Shown here: in pieces, positions 60,679 through 64,000 of the stretch
Layout: the number at the start of each line of letters is the position of its first letter
How positions within the stretch are numbered: the first letter of the stretch is position 1
Source of the DNA: Capsulimonadaceae bacterium
GTDB lineage: Bacteria > Armatimonadota > Armatimonadia > Armatimonadales > Capsulimonadaceae
Assembly (NCBI GenBank): GCA_965215505.1
Contig: OZ244065.1
Location: 3,840,001-3,904,000, forward strand
Length of the DNA stretch: 64,000 nucleotides
Direction of reading: 5' to 3'
Notes under the pieces: model-generated
Seen by the model: the letters and a program-made list of their open reading frames with translations, nothing else
Database searches by the model: none
Told to the model about the DNA's origin: nothing
Position numbers and translations under genes: made by a program

Positions 60679-61890
60679 ATGCCTTTGACCTGCCCCCGCT
60701 GCCGGGCCGCGCTGGCCGCAGGGAACAAAATTTGCGGCGATTGTGGATGGACCCCCACGCCCGCCCCCGACGGCATGGACCCCGCGCGGGTGCGGCAGGC
60801 TCCGTGGCGGCTGCCCGCCTCGCTCGCCGTCGGCCTCCTGCTCGCGGTCAGCGTGTCGGCGTTCCTCCTCGTCGAGCGCGGGCCTGCCCCCCGCGCCGCC
60901 CGCTCGGCTGGACCCCGCTCGGCTGGACCCCGCTCGGCTGGACCCCGCTCGGCTGGACCCCGCTCGGCTGGACCCCGCTCGGCTGGACCCCGCTCGGCCA
61001 GGCCCGCGCCTGACGCCGCCGGACCGGCGGCACCCGCCCCGGCCATCATCGCCCCGACTGTCACCGCCGCTTCCGCCGCGAAGAAGCCCCTGCTGCCCAG
61101 GAAGGCGGTGCCGCTCCGCGTCGTCCTGACATCCCCCGGCCAGAGGCGTCACGTCAGGGTCGGCGAGGACGTGACTCTGATCGCGCTGGCCCAGGGCCGG
61201 TGCGCGTCCCTGACGCTCTCCTACCGGCGCGGACTCAGGGGCGCGGCCACCCACTCGTTTACGGAGGGCGGCCTCCTCAGCACGACCTGGACCCCCTCCC
61301 TCCCCGGCCGGTACGAGTTCACGGCGACCGCCCTCGGCGGCCCCCGGCAGACCGCCGTCTCGCGCCCCGTCGAGATCATCGTGGACGCGCCCATCCCCCA
61401 AATGATGGCACGGGGCGAGGCGGCACGCTCGTTCCCCGCCGAGACCATCACGCCGCTGCCGCCCATGGCGGTGCGTCTGCCGCCGCCGCAGCCCGCCCGC
61501 CGATCCGCCTCCGTGCCGCCACTGCCACGGCTCCGGCGGGTGAAGCCCCGGACAGAGGCCCCGCCCCCCGTGCCGGAAACGATGATCGCAGGCGTCGTGA
61601 CCCCGAGCGTAGTGATCCCGAGCGCCGCGCCCCCCGACACGCGCCCGGCACCGGCCGTCCTCTACCACGTCGCCGCGGCCCAGTTCCCTCTGTCCCGGAG
61701 CGCGGTGGTCCTCGCCAAATCCTTCCGGCTTCAGGGCAGCCCGGCGACGACGAAGCGGATGATCGGCTACCACGGCCGGACCGTCTATGCGGTCGTGACC
61801 GGTGCCTATCGCCGCCCCGAGGAGGCGCGCGCCGCCGTCCTGGTCTTGCAGCGCAGCGGCTACCCGGCCTACCTCTACGGCGGCAACTAG
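60679..61890 (+). CDS. Tandem paralog of 59413-60525
   Basis: Same architecture; near-identical RHV.VGEDVTL.ALA, PGRYEFTATALG, LVLQRSGYPAY. Confidence 0.8.
   Translation: MPLTCPRCRAALAAGNKICGDCGWTPTPAPDGMDPARVRQAPWRLPASLAVGLLLAVSVSAFLLVERGPAPRAARSAGPRSAGPRSAGPRSAGPRSAGPRSAGPRSARPAPDAAGPAAPAPAIIAPTVTAASAAKKPLLPRKAVPLRVVLTSPGQRRHVRVGEDVTLIALAQGRCASLTLSYRRGLRGAATHSFTEGGLLSTTWTPSLPGRYEFTATALGGPRQTAVSRPVEIIVDAPIPQMMARGEAARSFPAETITPLPPMAVRLPPPQPARRSASVPPLPRLRRVKPRTEAPPPVPETMIAGVVTPSVVIPSAAPPDTRPAPAVLYHVAAAQFPLSRSAVVLAKSFRLQGSPATTKRMIGYHGRTVYAVVTGAYRRPEEARAAVLVLQRSGYPAYLYGGN
60901..60998 (+). repeat. 15-bp tandem repeat x6.5 (RSAGP)
   Basis: CGCTCGGCTGGACCC: six exact copies plus a partial one. 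Confidence 0.97.
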
Positions 61891-61940
61891 AAGGGCAGCG
61901 CGCCGGTTTGAGAATGCCTGCTTCCGGGAAAGAGGGCGCT

Positions 61941-62441
61941 GTGAAACGTCTCCCCATCCTCCTCTGCGCTGCCTTAGCCCTGCCGGTCGCCGCCGCGCCC
62001 CCGGCGGCCCCGCCGGCCGCCGACCGGGCCGCCATTCAGTCTGCCATCCAGGCCGCCTATGACGGCCTGGGCGACGCCTTCAGCCGGCACGACCTGCCCC
62101 GCTTCATGTCCTACTTCACCGACGACTACATTGACACCGACGAACACGGCGCACGTCTCACCAAAGAGCAGACGCGCCGGGGATACAAAGACCAGCTCGG
62201 CGAGATGAAGTCCATCCAGAGCCGCTACGTCATCCAGAGCCTCACGCCCGCGCCGGGGGGGACACTGGTGGAGATGCGGCTGCACGCGACCGGCCAGGGC
62301 GAGAAGCGCATCCTGTTCGCCAAATTCCACGGCACCTTCACCGACGACCTGTGGGTGCGCGACCTGTGGGTCAGTACGCCGCAGGGCTGGCGCATCCAGC
62401 GCCGGCTGACGCTGAAGGACGAACTCCACATCCGCCACTAG
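61941..62441 (+). CDS. Secreted NTF2-like (DUF4440/SnoaL) protein
   Basis: Signal peptide; AF..HD....S.FTDDY, DLWV.TPQGWRI. Confidence 0.78.
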   Translation: MKRLPILLCAALALPVAAAPPAAPPAADRAAIQSAIQAAYDGLGDAFSRHDLPRFMSYFTDDYIDTDEHGARLTKEQTRRGYKDQLGEMKSIQSRYVIQSLTPAPGGTLVEMRLHATGQGEKRILFAKFHGTFTDDLWVRDLWVSTPQGWRIQRRLTLKDELHIRH

Positions 62442-62476
62442 GATGCCGCCCTGCCGCCGGTGGGATGCCGCCCCAT

Positions 62477-62794
62477 TTACGTCCGCGTGGCGATGGACAG
62501 GCAGCGCGGGCAGACCAGGCTGTTCGGGAACCGGGCCAGCGCGCCCCGCTTCAAGGCTTCCAGCCGCCTCCTCCGGCCCTCATACGTCGCCAGGGCCAGG
62601 AGGAAATTGTACACGAAGATGCCCCAGCCCCAGACGAAGAACTCCCAGGCTTCGGCCTCCACGGCGGGGAACTCGCTGCTCCTGTTGATCTCATATTCTC
62701 TGAGCGGCAGCATCACCGCGCGGCACTTCGGGCACTCCGTCCACTCGTCACGCGCGTCGGCATACCCGTCTTCCGGTGTCATCGGATGGTTCAT
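62477..62794 (-). CDS. Small hypothetical protein with two CxxC motifs and a hydrophobic segment
   Basis: CPKC...CPRC; AGGA upstream. Confidence 0.6.
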   Translation of the reverse strand: MNHPMTPEDGYADARDEWTECPKCRAVMLPLREYEINRSSEFPAVEAEAWEFFVWGWGIFVYNFLLALATYEGRRRRLEALKRGALARFPNSLVCPRCLSIATRT

Positions 62795-62883
62795 GGTTCC
62801 TGAGACACGGCGGCGGCGATAAAGTTGCGTTCAGCGGCCGACCTGCGGCGCGGGCGCTTGGATGCCGATACTATGGCAGAGCA

Positions 62884-64000
62884 ATGGTTGCCACCACAAC
62901 GCCACAACTGAACACGCTGGAGGAAGCCCTCGAAGCCGCCGTCTCGGACCGGGAGAAGGTGGACGCCCTGAACGCCCTGGCCCGCGAGGTCGTGGACAAC
63001 GACCCCGAACGCGCGCGCCCTCTAGCCGCGCGGGCGCATTCGCTGGCCGTCGCGCTCGGCTACGGGCCGGGCTTGGCGCGCAGCCTGCACACGCAGGGAC
63101 ACGCCCACTACCGGCTGGGGGAGGGGGAGGAGGCGCGGGAACTCTACTGCCGGGCGCTGGAAGTCAGCCGCCGGGAAGGAGACCGTGCCGTGGAAGACCG
63201 TGCCGTGGAAGACCGTGCCGTGGAGGCGGACTGCCTGCACGGCCTGGGCGTCCTCGCCAAGCTCCGGGCCGAGCATGCGGCGGCCGTGTCCTATTACCTG
63301 GAGGCGCTGCGGCTTTATGAGGCCCTGGACGACCCGGCGGGGCAGGCCCAGACGCTGAACGGCCTGGGGAACGCCCACATGGGGCGGGAGGACCTGGGCC
63401 GGGCGCTCCCGTGTTACCTGGACTCGCTCAAGCGGCGCGAGGCGCTGGGGGACGAGACGGGCGTCGGCTGCTCCCTGAACAACATCGCCAACGTCTACGC
63501 GGCCCTGGGAGACAACGCGCAGGCGCTGGATCACTACCGCCGCTGCCTGGAACTCAGCCGCCAAACCGGGGCGACTCGCCTGGAGGCGCGCTGCCTGGCC
63601 AACCTGAGCGAGATCCACATCGCGTTGGGGCGTCCCGACGAGGCCTTGGAGAACAGCCGGGCGGCGCACGCCATCGCCTTGCGCTACGGTTACCGGAGTG
63701 ACGAGTGCTACGCCCTGATGGCGCAGGGGGCCGCGCACAAGGCCGCCGGGCGGGTCGCGCTCGCCGTCCCGCTCTTGCGGGAGGCGCTGTCGGTCGCGCG
63801 GTCACTTCCCGACCCCATCAACGAGTGCCAGATTCACCTCCTGCTGGGCGAGTCCGCACTCGAGTCCGGCGCGCTGTCGAATGCCCGCGTCTCCCTGAGC
63901 CGGGCCGCCGAGATGGCCGAAGAACTCTCCCTGAAACAGCACATCTTCCCCATCCATCTGGGGCTGTCGCGCGTCTGCAAGGCGGAGGGGGACTTTCAGG
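62884..64000 (+). CDS. TPR-repeat protein (runs off window)
   Basis: Manual translation from ATG 62884: KVDALNALA..., ARSLHTQG, TLNGLGN, SLNNIANVY; DRAVE x3 at 63181-63225. Confidence 0.88.
   Translation, partial: MVATTTPQLNTLEEALEAAVSDREKVDALNALAREVVDNDPERARPLAARAHSLAVALGYGPGLARSLHTQGHAHYRLGEGEEARELYCRALEVSRREGDRAVEDRAVEDRAVEADCLHGLGVLAKLRAEHAAAVSYYLEALRLYEALDDPAGQAQTLNGLGNAHMGREDLGRALPCYLDSLKRREALGDETGVGCSLNNIANVYAALGDNAQALDHYRRCLELSRQTGATRLEARCLANLSEIHIALGRPDEALENSRAAHAIALRYGYRSDECYALMAQGAAHKAAGRVALAVPLLREALSVARSLPDPINECQIHLLLGESALESGALSNARVSLSRAAEMAEELSLKQHIFPIHLGLSRVCKAEGDFQ

Noticed and set aside
60901-60998. Possible CRISPR array
   Set aside because: 15-bp units with no spacers, in frame within a CDS; no cas genes in the window.

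Overview
High-GC bacterial window, mostly ordinary accessory genes. A diderm soil lineage such as Armatimonadota is suggested by the SLH-porin and gene content, but this is inference only. Left to right: a photolyase 5' end; a minus-strand run (leader peptide and terminator, Zn-ribbon ABC exporter, RloA/RloB-like pair, HEAT protein, DEDD exonuclease, MFS, two tandem-GNATs); an ~18 kb Wzy-type exopolysaccharide cluster with AsnB and three methyltransferases; an internally deleted TnpB remnant; tRNA(CAT); amidase; a KaiC-like ATPase paired with a receiver-like/RsbT-like protein; UvrD; a lower-GC three-gene island (ADP-ribosyltransferase-like DUF3990-type gene, unknown gene, DUF6941-like gene); SLH-porin; an orphan terminase large subunit just downstream of a perfect-consensus sigma70 promoter, a ~415-nt highly structured transcript and a terminator; PAS-GGDEF-HD-GYP; a Type ISP R-M relic; NatAB-like ABC; GH4 alpha-galactosidase; duplicated SPOR proteins; a TPR protein. 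Intergenic spaces hold nested REP/REPIN-like palindromic elements, and 12-18 bp tandem micro-duplications are frequent. Best candidates for an undescribed system are the structured transcript plus orphan terminase (45553-47525) and the tripartite ART-like island (41840-43407). All family calls are by-eye motif recognition; no searches or folding were run.
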